DNA from: Eledone cirrhosa
Lineage: Eukaryota
Length of the DNA: 64,000 nt
Assembly: GCA_964016885.1 (NCBI GenBank)
Contig: CAXHJY010001340.1
Span: forward strand, 18,528 to 82,527
Direction of reading: 5' to 3'
Below, one piece after another: positions 1 through 12,377 of the stretch. The first letter of the stretch is position 1; each line of letters begins with the position of its first letter. Below the pieces are notes generated by a model. That model was not told the DNA's origin. It searched no databases and saw only the letters and a program-made list of their open reading frames with translations. Position numbers and translations under genes: made by a program.

Positions 1-87
1 ATATCAGGTGTAGTGTTGGTGAATTTCAGGAAGCATAGAGGTTGTAAACGATGCAGTGTCTCAACAGCTAACAATTGATACAGGTAG
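1..87 (-). mobile_element. CR1/L2-type LINE 3' fragment (same family as the satellite parent)
   Basis: Reverse complement reads ctacctgtatcaattgttagctgttgagacactgcatc...caacactacacctga, matching about 30965-31050 and 32400-32485. Confidence 0.75.
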
Positions 88-1108
88 ATCACCACCAACA
101 CTAGGGAAGTTATGTCCTTGACACAACTGAAGGGTCCTCCCAACCGTTTGCTTGGCAGTTATTTGACTAAAAATGCCCCAGAAACACCATATGTGACTAT
201 GGTACCCCTACCACTCCACCAGGTCTTACAGTACATACATGTTAGAAATACAGTCACAAAAATAAGAATTTCACCAATTATTAAGACAATTTAAATCCAA
301 ACCCAACACTATTTATATTTTCTGCTAAAATATACTTCATAAGCATGTTTGTCTATTTTACCGGGACCGGCAATGTAGCCTATTCCTTTATATTTAACAA
401 AGCTATCCAGAAAGTAATTTACTGTCAAAAGGTGACGTTGAATTTAATGAAATATTAGATTGAGATGAAGGTATTAAAAGAACAGTGTTGTCTGCCGTTT
501 CTGGCACCTGGTACTCCAGGTGATTGAACCAACAGAACTGTCTGCTCATGAAATTAATGTGTAAGTGACTGAGCATTCCACAGACATGTAGATTTAATAT
601 AATTCTCAGTGAGAGTCACCGTGATGCAATATATGACAAAGCTGGCTCTTAGAATTAGAGATATAACACATTTTTATCAGTTGAGAGAACTGGAGCAATA
701 TGAAATAAAGTGTCTTGCTCAAGGGCACAGCATGCTGTCCAGTCCAGTCCAGGAATGAAACTCATGACCTTACAAACATGAGCCAAATACCCTAACCATT
801 AAGCCACATGACTTTAGAAAGGAAATAATATATGATGTGTGTGGAATTGGAAACAAAACAAATGATATTATTTTGTCAAATTGAAGAGATCTGGAATAAA
901 GGGACAGGAGGATTACCTTTAATCAAGTGTTTGAGGGGAAGAAGCACAATGTTATAGCTCAGAGAAATTATACACCTGAAATCATGTGGGAGAATATTGC
1001 ATATAAACATCTTTTCCTATATTCTGAGTGTAACCCACACCTGCTCTCTTTATCACCACACAGTTCTTTCATCTTTTCTGGGAGTGACTAAGGTTTTAGT
1101 TGGGTTAA

Positions 1109-1538
1109 CCCTTTAGCATTTAAACCAGCCGTATCTGGCCAGAATTCTCTCACCTCTTTCTGTTCAAACCGGCTGTAACTGACCGCTCATACTGATGTTA
1201 CGGTATTGTTCTCAAAATAAATAATATAAAAATCTCATAGATTCCATATTATGTGAGATAAAGCCTTTACTGTGAAAATATGATAGTATATATAGAGTAA
1301 TGTAAATGTTAATGAGTTAACCCATTAGCATTTAAACCAGCCATATCCGGCCTGAATTCTCTCACCTTTTCTGTCCAAACCAGCTGTAACTGGCCATTCA
1401 TACTGATGTTAAGGTATTGTTCTCAAAATAAATAATATCAAAATCTCATAGATTTGATATCATGTGAGATAATTGTAAGATAATGCCTTTACCACAAAAA
1501 TACACTAGTATATATAGAGTAATGTAAATGCTAAAGGG
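1109..1538 (+). mobile_element. Two tandem piggyBac-like MITEs sharing a TTAA
   Basis: Termini TTAA|CCCTTTAGCATTT...AAATGCTAAAGGG|TTAA; copies at 1109-1316 and 1321-1538. Confidence 0.75.
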
Positions 1539-2184
1539 TTAAGGAAGTTCATCAAAGTTATCCAGAAATTGTGAGACACTCCCGGATTTTAGTGCCAGAG
1601 AGGGTCACCTTTTTTGACAAGTGGGTAATACAGACAAGATAAATATATTTATTTTATATTACTGCTTTACATTCAATTTCACATACTATTGAAATTACAG
1701 ATCTTCCTATAAAACTAGCTATGTAATTGCATTCCTATTTCACACTCACATACACTCCTGCCTACACACGCACACACACGCTCTCATACTTACATACACA
1801 TACATGCATACACACACACCCACATACTTGTTCACAAACACACACACACACAGCTCTATGTCAATATCTAATGACTCAATCAATAAAACTCTGTACAAAG
1901 CTACCATCTTCTCTATTGATACAGTTATATACACAAGATATTGATTGAAATCATGTTAGATAACCATTAAAAGAAATTCCTCACATACTTGTTACGACAC
2001 TTTTAAATAATTGAAACAATTACGAATGGAGCAAATTCTTTTCTGCAAACTTTTAACCAACTTTGATGTCCTTGGCAACCTTTGACAGAGACAAGATCCC
2101 AGATCTCATTTACTTACCGAATGGGGTGGAACTTGTCAAATCGGATCAAGGGAACGTTTCCATTGGGCTATCCAATTGTTAATA

Positions 2185-2370
2185 ATTGTTTCTACTATTG
2201 GCACAAGGCCAGCTTTTATCCTAGTGTATTACTGGTACTTTATTTTATCGACCCCCCCCCAAGGATGAAAGGCAAAGTTAACCTCGGCAGGATTTGAAAT
2301 CAGACCATAAAGGGCTGTAACTCTTTGCTGCAAAACATGGCATCCGACCCTCTACCGATACTGCCAATCC
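2185..2370 (-). mobile_element. tRNA-derived Meta-domain SINE
   Basis: Reverse complement of the family best seen at 19121-19312. Further copies near 4520-4610, 8683-8875, 13165-13370, 14468-14780, 15055-15455, 18715-18860 and 22255-23015. Confidence 0.75.
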
Positions 2371-3957
2371 AAGCAGGAACAACATGAAATAAATTGTCTT
2401 GTTCAAAGATATTATGCATTGTCTGGTTTGGGAATCAAACTCACAACCACGAATCCAATTCTCTATCAACTAAGTGGTTAAAGGATTGTAATGGCATGTG
2501 GAATGAATTAACTCTTAACATCTTGTAATGTTATATTTGGAAGGGTCTTGCTGCCAATAAAAATGTCTGCTTTTCCCTGCTTGCAAGGGTGGGGCGGATC
2601 CTATTCAGCACAGCATCTCTACACTTGTCACGGTCCTTCGTCATCTCCTCCGTGAGTTTCAGCGATCTGATGTCTGCTCTCACCACCTCCACCCATGTTT
2701 TTCGTTGCTCTCACCACCGCCGCCCATGTTTTTCATATGACCATTAAACAACCAACATGTTACTTCTTTGCCCACTTATTCCTGAATGGATTGTGGGGGC
2801 AGAGTTCTCAAACACTCCTTCCAGCTGGTCCTGTCAGAAGCAACCATCCCCAACTGATCTGGCTGGATCCCCAAGCGAAACCAACCAAGCTCATGGATGT
2901 TATCCAACCATCTTGGGTCTCCTGCTGGTTGGTCTTGCCCATGAAATCTGTCCAGTGATTCTTTCCTGAGACTTTTTAACCACATTCCCTTGGTATCGGA
3001 ATAGAATGTCTTACTCATATTGTTTGTTGTATTAGAGGACATTGAGTTACAATGTCTACGATCTTCACTGAAATATTTGAGTATGGGTCAGTTTTTCTAG
3101 TGTTGCTTATATGACCACTTCTTTTGAAAGTTAGTATTGTATCTCTGTTCCTCATGTGTAATATAGTGTTGTGTGTCTGCCCATTTAAAAAAAATTCTAA
3201 TCTACTTCTCACAGCCTCATATTTCTTCCTTGAGTGTTCATCCTCTCATTTATGAAACAGACAAGTGCCTCTTAAAAGCTACAATCTCCACACCACCTCT
3301 TCTGAAACATAATTATGTCCTTTGTCCCATCACTATTGAAACCTGGTGATGTTTCTTCTAAAGTTATCTGTTCAATGGAATCACATCCACCTCCAACACA
3401 CCTAAACCTCAGTTAATCTTCAGTTAACATGAATGAATCAATTGTAGTTAGCAAGGATATAGTAGCATAATTGTATTCACCCTTTTATTAGCATACTAGC
3501 TTACATACCCAGCTTTGCCCAGGTAAACAGATAAGAGAAGACCGGTAGAAGAGAAAACAACTGGATTGGATGCGTTGTTTGGTTTACAGTATGAGGCAAG
3601 GCTGTGGTGTGTGTGAGACAAAACAAAAACAGTAAAAAAATCTTCCAAATACACCAGATTCTTTGTTTCATTGTTCTTCCATAGTATATGAATATTTCTA
3701 GATGTTCCCTCTTGTGAACAACCAACATATTACTGTCCATGGGTAAAACCCGACTCTCTCATATTCAATCCTACAACGTTGAGACTCTGACCCTAAGCTT
3801 TATTTATGGTCTTAGCAAAACGGACTCTAGCAGGTTCTGTGTGTTTCAATTAATTTGGAAAATAACAAATTTGGATGTTGATTTTTGGAACAAAATGTGG
3901 CAAAATGTTCTTACACAAATTATGATGGAATATTTTAATATATGGAAGAACACTTTA

Positions 3958-4110
3958 AACTGGGTAGTTTTATATCCCTGAAATAGTAGTTTTATATTGA
4001 TAAACTAGGGTGGTTTGATATCCCTAAACGAGGGGTAGTTTTATATCCCTGAACTAGGGGATGGTTTTGATAACCCAGAAGTAGGGGTGATTTTGATATC
4101 AGAACTGGGG
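3958..4110. repeat. Degenerate ~26-bp minisatellite
   Basis: Recurring gaactaggggtagttttatatccct-like units. Confidence 0.55.
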
Positions 4111-4994
4111 GGGGGGGGGTTCAGGCAGTTTGCTGTCAAAATATACACAGTCTTAGTATAATTGTTTTGGGTTGACAAGTGTCAATATTTTACATAAAGA
4201 CACCTTTAATAATCAGAGCACACACACCTACATAGTATTTGTGATAAAAGATATAAATAGATAAAATTTCTTATCACTTCTAACTACTTTGACCTATCCT
4301 GTATTTCATAATGTATGTATGGTGCAGTAAGTTGGAGTGCTAGCCTGACATATTATATAGATGGTGAAGTGTCATGATACACAGCATGTCTTGAGTACTT
4401 TAAACCTGGCAGAGGCCATCCCATCTCTACATCTGAACAGGGCCAATTTCTTCTAGATAAAGAGAGTGAAAGAAAGGAAGTGAGAAAGAGATATAGAGAA
4501 AGAACTGCCCCCAGTACTCAGTACTTTTTTGGTACTTTTTTATCAACCTGGAAAGGATGAAAGGCATAGTTGACCTTGGCCAGATTTGAACTCAGAGAGG
4601 CAGAACAAATACTTAATTAGTGGGGGGGGGGGCAGTTATTCGAGACCTGAGAGTGATTAGCAAGCTTGGTCACTCTGACCCATCTGGTTTCAGACCATGA
4701 CAACTCATACCAGTGAGGAAAGTGGTCATAAAATGATGATGATGCACTTGTAACCGCTTCCAATAGTCTCTGCCAATCAAAGTACATGTTTTTTATTTTA
4801 CTTTTCTCTAATTAACTTCTTTTTATTTATTTTTTATTTATTTTTTTATTTTTAGTATATAATATATTAACTATTTGTTTATTTTTATAAAAAGTTATAT
4901 TTAGACATGGCTTTACAGCATGTCTCAGAAATGATAAAATGGACCCAATCAACCCTGTAAAGTGGTAGTGCCAGAGTCACAATAAAAAGCTCCC

Positions 4995-5181
4995 AGTAGA
5001 CACTGTAAAGTGGTTGGTGTTAGGAAGGGCATACAGCCTTAGAAATCATGGCCCCAGTATACACTGTAAAGTGGTTGGTGTTAGGAAGGGCATCCAGCCA
5101 TAGAAATCATCTTCCCAACACACTCTAAAGTGGTTGGTCTTAGCAAAGGCATCTAGCCATAGAAATCATGGTCCCAGTATG
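4995..5181 (+). repeat. Three tandem copies of the RTE 3'-UTR motif
   Basis: cactgtaaagtggttggtgttaggaagggcatccagccatagaaatcat x3; the same motif occurs in the RTE 3' UTRs at about 53765-53810 and 55945-55995. Confidence 0.65.
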
Positions 5182-5337
5182 ACCCAGGAAGATTTGGGAT
5201 GTTATTCAGTTTAGATTAAGGAATAGTAGGTGTCATTCTATTCATCTGTCCAGTTTATTACCAGATATTCAACTGTTGATGGTATTCATGTGCTTGGGCT
5301 AATATTCCCAGATGTTCAACTAATCATGGCTATTTAA

Positions 5338-5811
5338 CCCTTTAGCATTTACATTACTCTATTTTTACTATGGTATTTTCATAGTAAATGCTTTACCTCA
5401 CATAATATTGAATCTACGAGATTTTTTATATTATTATTTTGAGAACAGTATCTGTATGGGCTTAGCCATGTGGTTACTTCGATATGAATCTATTTGAGAA
5501 GAACAATACCTTAACATCAGTATGAGCTGCTGGTTGCAGCCGGTTTGAATCGAAAGAAGTGAGAGAATTCTGGCCTGATACGGATGGTTTAACCCTTTAG
5601 CATTTAAACCGGTCATATCCAGCCAGAATTATCTCACCCATTTCAGCTCAAACCAGCTGTAACCGGCCACTCATACTGATGTTAAGGTATAGTTCTCAAA
5701 ATAAATAATATCAAAATTTCATAGATTCAATATTATGTGAAATAATTATGAGGTAAAAGCTTTACCAGAAAAATACAATAGTGTATATAGAGTAATGTAA
5801 ATGCTAAAGGG
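5338..5811. mobile_element. Two piggyBac-like MITEs in opposite orientation
   Basis: Minus copy 5338-5588 (one end truncated) and plus copy 5593-5811 with TTAA flanks and CCCTTTAGCATTT TIRs. Confidence 0.7.
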
Positions 5812-5929
5812 TTAAATCACAACATCTCGGATTACTTTGATACTTTGATAGGTTTTTGCCCGTGTTAGAGTAAGCTATGTCTTACAACCTAGTATGTTAT
5901 ACTTATTTTCTCTGTATTTGTCTTTCTAG

Positions 5930-6010
5930 TGCCACTAGACAATGGAACAATGTATATCAATGAAGCAGAGAAAAGAGTTTCAATTGAAGAAAATAGTAGT
6001 CCTTTGGCAG
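5930..6010 (+). CDS. Single-pass membrane protein, juxtamembrane exon (PLDNGTMYINEAEKRVSIEENSSPLA)
   Basis: tctttctag acceptor and G|gtaagt donor; 81 bp, open, phase 1-1, in frame with the next two exons. Confidence 0.75.
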
Positions 6011-6056
6011 GTAAGTAAATTATTGATAAAGGTCATTGATTCTATCTGTTGATCAG

Positions 6057-6345
6057 TCTCTCTCACTTACATTCACACTCATTCACTCTCACTTACATTC
6101 ACACTCATTCACTCTCAATTACTCTCAAACTCATTTGCATTCACACTCATTCATACTCAGTCATTCACACTTGTTCTCACTCAATCACTCTCATTCACAT
6201 TCGCTCTCGTTCACACTCACTCTCATTCACACTCATTCACTCTCATTCACATTCGCTCTCGTTCACACTCACTCTCATTCACACTCACTCATTCACTCTC
6301 ATTCACATTCACACTCGCTCTCATTCACACTCACACTCATTCAGA
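6057..6345. repeat. (CACT/CATT)-type low-complexity repeat
   Basis: Degenerate attcacactc/actctc units. Confidence 0.85.
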
Positions 6346-6736
6346 CTTGCTCATTTCCCCTTTCCCTTTCTCTCTATCTATCACATAAGTCAAGCAGTGT
6401 ACTATGTGACCATGAGATAAGTCTCTGCGTTAGTATATTATACTCTGTACTGACAATTGATGTCAGCCATTTTACCAATTAATTGGTATTGGTATTTCTG
6501 AAGAAGAATCAACTTTTATTATTGGCCATCATTGTTTGGAAGAAAACCATGGGTGAGAGGGAAATTAGAAAAACACATTTTCTTCGATGTACAGACATGT
6601 GATGCACATGAATGATAATTGATGGGGTAGAAGGAAGCTGCAGTAGAGGTAGACCAAGGAAAACCTGGGCAGAGGTAGTGTGCAGAAGACTACATTGGTA
6701 TGGACAATGATCACTGGGTGAAGAAATGCCGGGAAC

Positions 6737-7000
6737 AGGGCCAGATTTAATGGAGAGCAAAGGGGGCAATGCCTCAGGTCCTCTGCAGTGGGGGCCCCAC
6801 CAGTGATGGCAGTAGTAATTTATCTCTGCCCTCAGCTGGGCACTTTAGTTTTAGGATGGTTCGAATTTTTAATACCTGTATGTATAACTTTTCAATTCCA
6901 ATTACTTGCACCAAGCAAACTTTGATATGTACAACGGGGGGTGCTGTGCAGTCTAATTTTTTGTGTAGGAGGGGCCCCTCATGGTCAAAATTCAACCCTG
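6737..7000. mobile_element. Possible hAT-like MITE inside an RTE remnant
   Basis: Begins cagggccagattt and ends aaattcaaccctg (imperfect TIR); flanked by degraded RTE C-terminal and 3'-UTR sequence. Confidence 0.35.
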
Positions 7001-7552
7001 CTTATATGTACCATATTTAGCATGATTTCTACAACTGGATGCTCTTGCTAAAACCAACCTCCTTACAGAGTGTACTGGGTGTATTTTATTGTGAAACCAG
7101 CACGAGAGAGTTTGTCAGGCACAGACAAACTGAATAGTTTCATTATCTACCATATCATATGGTGTACTGGATGCATTTATCAGGGCACCAACATTGTCTT
7201 CATATGTTCACTCAACACTTTACAGGAGGGGATGGGTTATTGTGTGTTCTATGCAGGCTATGGGAGCTCTCCACTTCATGTAGTTTCTGTTTTATTAATA
7301 TTCTAGGATGTTTTTCAACATACTGACGTGTATGTGCATATGCATACAGTTATATAAATATATAAATATAAATGTGCAAACACAGACACACTTACAAAAA
7401 TACACACTCAGACATATTCACACACACACACACGTACATTTACACAAACACAAGCGTAGCAAATGGTACGCTAGCCACTCTTTTGCTATAGTTTTTTAAC
7501 ACACCCTTCCTTCCTTTTACACATACATACATTCACACAAACACACACATAA

Positions 7553-8013
7553 TAGGCATCTCTAACAAAATACACCCCGTCCCACCACCACCACCCCCAC
7601 CCCATCCACACCACCCCGTTCTATGTAAAGTTATGTTGGTGCAGTAGGCATCTCTAACAAAATACACCCCGTCCCACCACCCCCACCCCATCCACACCAC
7701 CCCGTTCTATGTAAAGTTATGTTGGTGCCGCGCCATCGAGGCCGAAACAAATGAGATCGTGTAGGTGTCACGACAAAAAAACACACAGTCCACGCTGTAA
7801 TGTGGCCGTGTAGGCAACACGGTAAAAACCTCCCAGACCCACACTGTAAATGTGGTTGGTGTTAGGAAGGGCATCCAACTGTAGAAAACCTGCCAGACAG
7901 TCCTATGCGAGCAAGACAATCACTCTTGCCTCAAGTGGGACTACCCCCGTCCAAACCCATGCAAGCGTGGAACACGGACGTTAAACGTTGATGATGATGA
8001 TGATGATGATGAT
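7553..8013 (+). mobile_element. RTE family A 3' UTR (5'-truncated) with (GAT)n tail
   Basis: Near-identical to 53560-53936; its first ~90 bp are tandemly duplicated. Confidence 0.9.
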
Positions 8014-8202
8014 AATGTGTGACAGACAGGTGGAAGTTGCTCAAATTTAAATATATTCATTCTATTATCAATATTAAATGTTCTTTATAAGTCTCTCAGT
8101 AATTATTTGGAGTTCATATTGTGACCAAGGTTGATAACCACTGGTCTATCACCTACAGTTGTATAATACTTAAGGAATATCTTTTCTTTTTCTTGTTTTC
8201 AG

Positions 8203-8281
8203 TTGTGTTATTAGTATTGGGGTCAACATTTCTGGTCCTCTTCTTCCTCACCTTCGTTGCTGTTATTTATAGATATCATCG
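8203..8281 (+). CDS. Transmembrane exon (VVLLVLGSTFLVLFFLTFVAVIYRYHR)
   Basis: Strong polypyrimidine tract plus cag acceptor and gtaagt donor; ~22-aa hydrophobic stretch followed by basic residues; phase 1-2. Confidence 0.85.
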
Positions 8282-9078
8282 GTAAGTTTTATTCCTCTTC
8301 CTCCTCATTGCTTTATTAACCCTTTTGATACCAACCTGACTAAAACAAGCTCTGAGTTTGTGAAATTAAATCACTCATCTTAAATAATTCCTATTTAAAT
8401 TAATTTTCAAAATCTAATTTTATATAAGAGCCATGTATGAAGTCTTAATAATGAAATAATTAAGAATATTAAATTTAAGCCAAAATCTCACTTTGTGGGT
8501 AAAGTCAAATTGGCTAAAAGAAGGTCATTCTAACTTGATGCTTCAACAATGGTTTCAATGCATATGTAGAACAATCTATGTATCTATGAAATAAATATAT
8601 GTATATGAAATAAACTGTATCTATGTATATATATGTATATGAAATAAACTGTTGACAGTTTACTTTGCAGATTTATATATTAATAATTGTTTCTACTTTT
8701 GGCACAAGGCCAGCAATTACCCAGTACATTACTGGTACTTTATTTTATCGACCCCGTAAGGATGAAAGGCAAAGTTAACCTCGGCAGGTTTTGAACTCAG
8801 ACCATAAAGGGCCGTAACTCTTTGCTGCAAAGCATGGCGTCCGACCTTCTACCGATACTGCCAATCTACCGCTAATAATTTTAGTAAATCCTTTCAAATT
8901 CTTCATTAATTAATTGAAATAGTTTGTATTTCATTAGAATTACAGCCACAAAAACATTAATTAAGTGGTACCTTATACTGTACATCTTCATTAATTAATT
9001 GAAATAGTGTGTATATCATTAAAAATACAGTCACAAGAGAATGGACAGTGAAGAATATATTTTGTTTTCATTTTTCAG

Positions 9079-9274
9079 ACGTAAGACAGCTGAATACCAG
9101 CGGGCTGCTCGAATTCAAATGACATCCACACGCAATGCTGGCATCTACATGGATCTTGCTATGGATTCTCCAATCTCCAAATCAGGCCTCCCTATTGGTG
9201 CACCAATCTATAACTCATTGAAGAAACATCCAGATCAGTACACATTTATATCAGATGATGAACTTGATCTGTAA
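9079..9274 (+). CDS. Terminal coding exon, cytoplasmic tail (RKTAEYQRAARIQM...YTFISDDELDL*)
   Basis: tttttcag acceptor; phase matches the TM exon; TAA at 9272-9274. Confidence 0.85.
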
Positions 9275-9938
9275 ACCAAACACAAGATGTGTCTATTTTC
9301 TTTAACCGCCTGTTATATTGTTAATCCAGAATTCTTGTGAAACGGATTGAGATTTTAGTGAGAACTTCTGATAATCTTCCAAACAGCCAGATTTCCAACT
9401 AATGTGGCCTAAATCCCTTTTGTGTTGTTCAGTAGGACTACGTATTCTAGGTCCTCAATTATGTGAGCACTACCTCAGAGTGGATAGTGTGGTTGTGAGA
9501 TTTCACTAAGATTTTTGGTTCTGTTGGTTATTTCTGTGGTGTAATCTGCTGGCTCATCAATAACTAACCTTTGTAATAATGTTTATAGAAAGCATACCAA
9601 TTAATTTAACAATAAATTTAATTATCAAAATAATTAATTAAATATGCACTAAACAGCCATCACTATCTCTTTATATCTGTAGGGCAACGTTAGGTGAACC
9701 TATTTTTCACAACACAGTACAGCCATCACTGTATTGCATGACAAATGTAAATAAAAGTCTCTTTGTCTCTGTGGACAGAAAAAACATAGATATACTTACC
9801 TGAATTGATTCAAATCTTACTTAATTCTCATTAGAGAATGCCACTTGATCTGCCTATATATATATATATATGTGAAATATATCCGTAGGAAAGGTAAAGG
9901 AAAGGAGAGTGCTCTATGTATGTTACAGAGCTATTTAA

Positions 9939-10108
9939 TTATGTAATAAACACCATAAGACAATTATTCCATTTACCAAAGGTTTCACGAAGACAGACAA
10001 GCTCAACAGCATTCTGATGAGCGATTTCAGATGTCTCTGTTGAGCTCGTCTGTCTTCATGAAACCTTTGGTAAATGGAATAATTGTCTTATGTTGTTTAT
10101 TACATAAA
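9939..10108. repeat. Long inverted repeat (~70-bp arms), probable Penelope-like terminus, next to (TA)n
   Basis: ttatgtaataaac...gctcaacag versus ctgttgagc...gtttattacataa with only a few mismatches. Confidence 0.85.
10010..10076 (+). ncRNA. Type I hammerhead ribozyme motif
   Basis: catt CTGATGA [long stem II] GAAA cc-ttt-gg TA aatg. Stem I is only 4 bp and the base of stem II has one mismatch in this copy. Confidence 0.55.
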
Positions 10109-10577
10109 TATATATATATATATAATAATGCAAATCAAACAAATCAGTGAAGTGAATTCACTACAGTTAGTGTCTATATATTGCTGTTAACTATATCTCT
10201 AATAAAAATCAATAAGATTTAAAATCCTTTTTTTTTTTTTTTATGGTCCATGAAGAGAAAGACATTTGTGATAACATGATGTTGATTCCAATGTGTTGTA
10301 AAAAAAAACTGGTCTACCATGTCATTAGATCAAAGTAAAGATTTAAACATTATCAATAAATCAATATAGAAAACAATTTAATAAACTTGTGTCCTAGCCC
10401 ACACTCCCATTTCAACATACTTTACTAATTGACACCTTACTGACCAGCAACTAACTGCACCCAGTTAACATTATCCTTCAGTATATATTAAAAGCTTAGT
10501 ATACACCTATAGTATAAATCCTAACCTCACACAGTTATTCATCTATATCCCTTGCTAGCAGGAGCAACCAATATTAA

Positions 10578-10738
10578 CCCTTTAGCATTTAAACCAGCCT
10601 TAACCTGCTGCTCATACTGATGTTTAGGTATTGTTCTCAAAATAAATAACATCAAAATCTCATAGCTTCGATATGTGAGATAAAGCCTTTACTATGAAAA
10701 TACAATAGTAAATATAGAGTAATGTAAATACTAAAGGG
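10578..10738 (+). mobile_element. piggyBac-like MITE (internally deleted)
   Basis: TTAA flanks and the same TIRs as 1109-1538. Confidence 0.7.
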
Positions 10739-11160
10739 TTAAATGAGGATGATGATGATGATGATCCCTCTATATAGGTTTATACAGTAATGTCATCAAG
10801 TTATCCTTATTCCTTCTGTCTTTCCTCAAATGAAATCATAAAAAAAAATGAAGCTAAGCAATCTTAGTCTGAGCAACATATCAAACTGTCTGAAATGTCC
10901 ATTCCCCAATATAGTGCCTCATCAAATATTTTAGTTTCTACTTCTCACAGCACATTCCTCTTTGTTATATTTCATCCCAATAATTAACATTGACCAACGA
11001 ATTAATTGTTCAATCACATTTAGATTATTTTTTTTTGTTTTTGTATGTTCCACCCCACCCCTCTCTCATTGACCACCAATCAGTGCCATTGTTGAAAAAG
11101 TAACTAAAACACATCTCCATGTTAGTTGCCTACCACTTCCACCCTACCACTTCACTGAAC

Positions 11161-11211
<51 letters not shown>

Positions 11212-11254
11212 TTTACCTGTTCCAGCCCACTGACTGAGGCCATTCTGGGGCACC

Positions 11255-11286
<32 letters not shown>

Positions 11287-11343
11287 TTCGTTTTTGTATT
11301 TGTTTTGCAAGATTTCTTATCTGAAAATGTGTGTTGAAACAGA

Positions 11344-11590
11344 TATTGTTATACTTTGGGAGGGCCATGCTGCCAAAAAATACACATGCACCTGTTAGTT
11401 TTCACTTCAATTTATTACAAATCCCCAGTTAGTTGGTTTATTAACGAGTTGGTTGTTTATTTAAATCAATAAACAACCATCCAGTTATTAAACCAACCAC
11501 CTGGAAATTTGTAATAAATTGAAGTGAAAACCAACAGGTGTGTGTGTGTATTTTTATTGGCAGCATGGCCCTCCCAACATATAACAATAT
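11344..11590. repeat. Palindrome made of two Penelope-like 3' termini
   Basis: The left arm matches 42182-42320 (3' end of the PLE); the right arm is its reverse complement. Confidence 0.75.
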
Positions 11591-12359
11591 ATATATATAG
11601 ATACACACACATATAAACCTTCCACAATGTACCATTTATCAGGAAGCTGCATTATTTGTTACATTACCTTACTAATTTCATAATTTAATAGATGATGACG
11701 ATGATGATTAGGATTAAAATTTTAGATTGATTTTTATATGTCTTTCCAAAAGCCTTTTGTAATCAAATATATTTAGATTTTGCTTCAGATATTCTTCCAC
11801 TCTAAATTTTAACATACACTTACAGCAATAACATGTATAATATGATAATTAATGGTGATCATTTGTGAATTCGTTATAAAATATGAGAGGCAGGTAAAGT
11901 ATATATAATATTGATATCTTGCTTAGGGAGACAATCCAATGTCTGTAGCAGAATATAGATTCCAAGTTGACAAGCCAGCTTGTGTTCATTATATTTCTCT
12001 ACGTGGTTACTGTGCCTCATGATAATAATAATTATACCATTTTGTTTATGGATCATTTTATTGTAAAATATATTTGAAGAAAACAAATGAAATTTGTACC
12101 GGAATTTTCCTTTAAAATTTCTAATCAATGATTAAATATGTTATTTATTTTACTTCCAAACCCCTCTTATACAATTATTCCTTGTGAACTTCAGGTGGTT
12201 GACTCCTATAACACAGATATACATATTTATACTTGGAGAGGGACGGTTTATTCATAATTGTTGTATTTCTATTTTTATTAATTAATCATTGTATCATGGT
12301 CAACATTTTCTCAGTATTATTAAATTCTGAATTTCAGAAAAGATTTAAATTTAAAAAAT

Positions 12360-12377
12360 TAATAAAATAAAATAAAA
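12360..12377 (+). promoter_or_regulatory. Candidate polyadenylation signal cluster for the membrane-protein gene
   Basis: Overlapping AATAAA motifs followed by a T/GT-rich stretch. Earlier AATAAA motifs (about 9611 and 9750) are alternatives. Confidence 0.4.

Noticed and set aside
4905-4956. Possible upstream exon of the membrane-protein gene
   Set aside because: An acceptor-like AG exists, but no donor gives the phase 1 needed to join 5930, and the sequence runs into an RTE-derived repeat.
6036-6482. His/Ser-rich ORFs
   Set aside because: Low-complexity intronic repeat.
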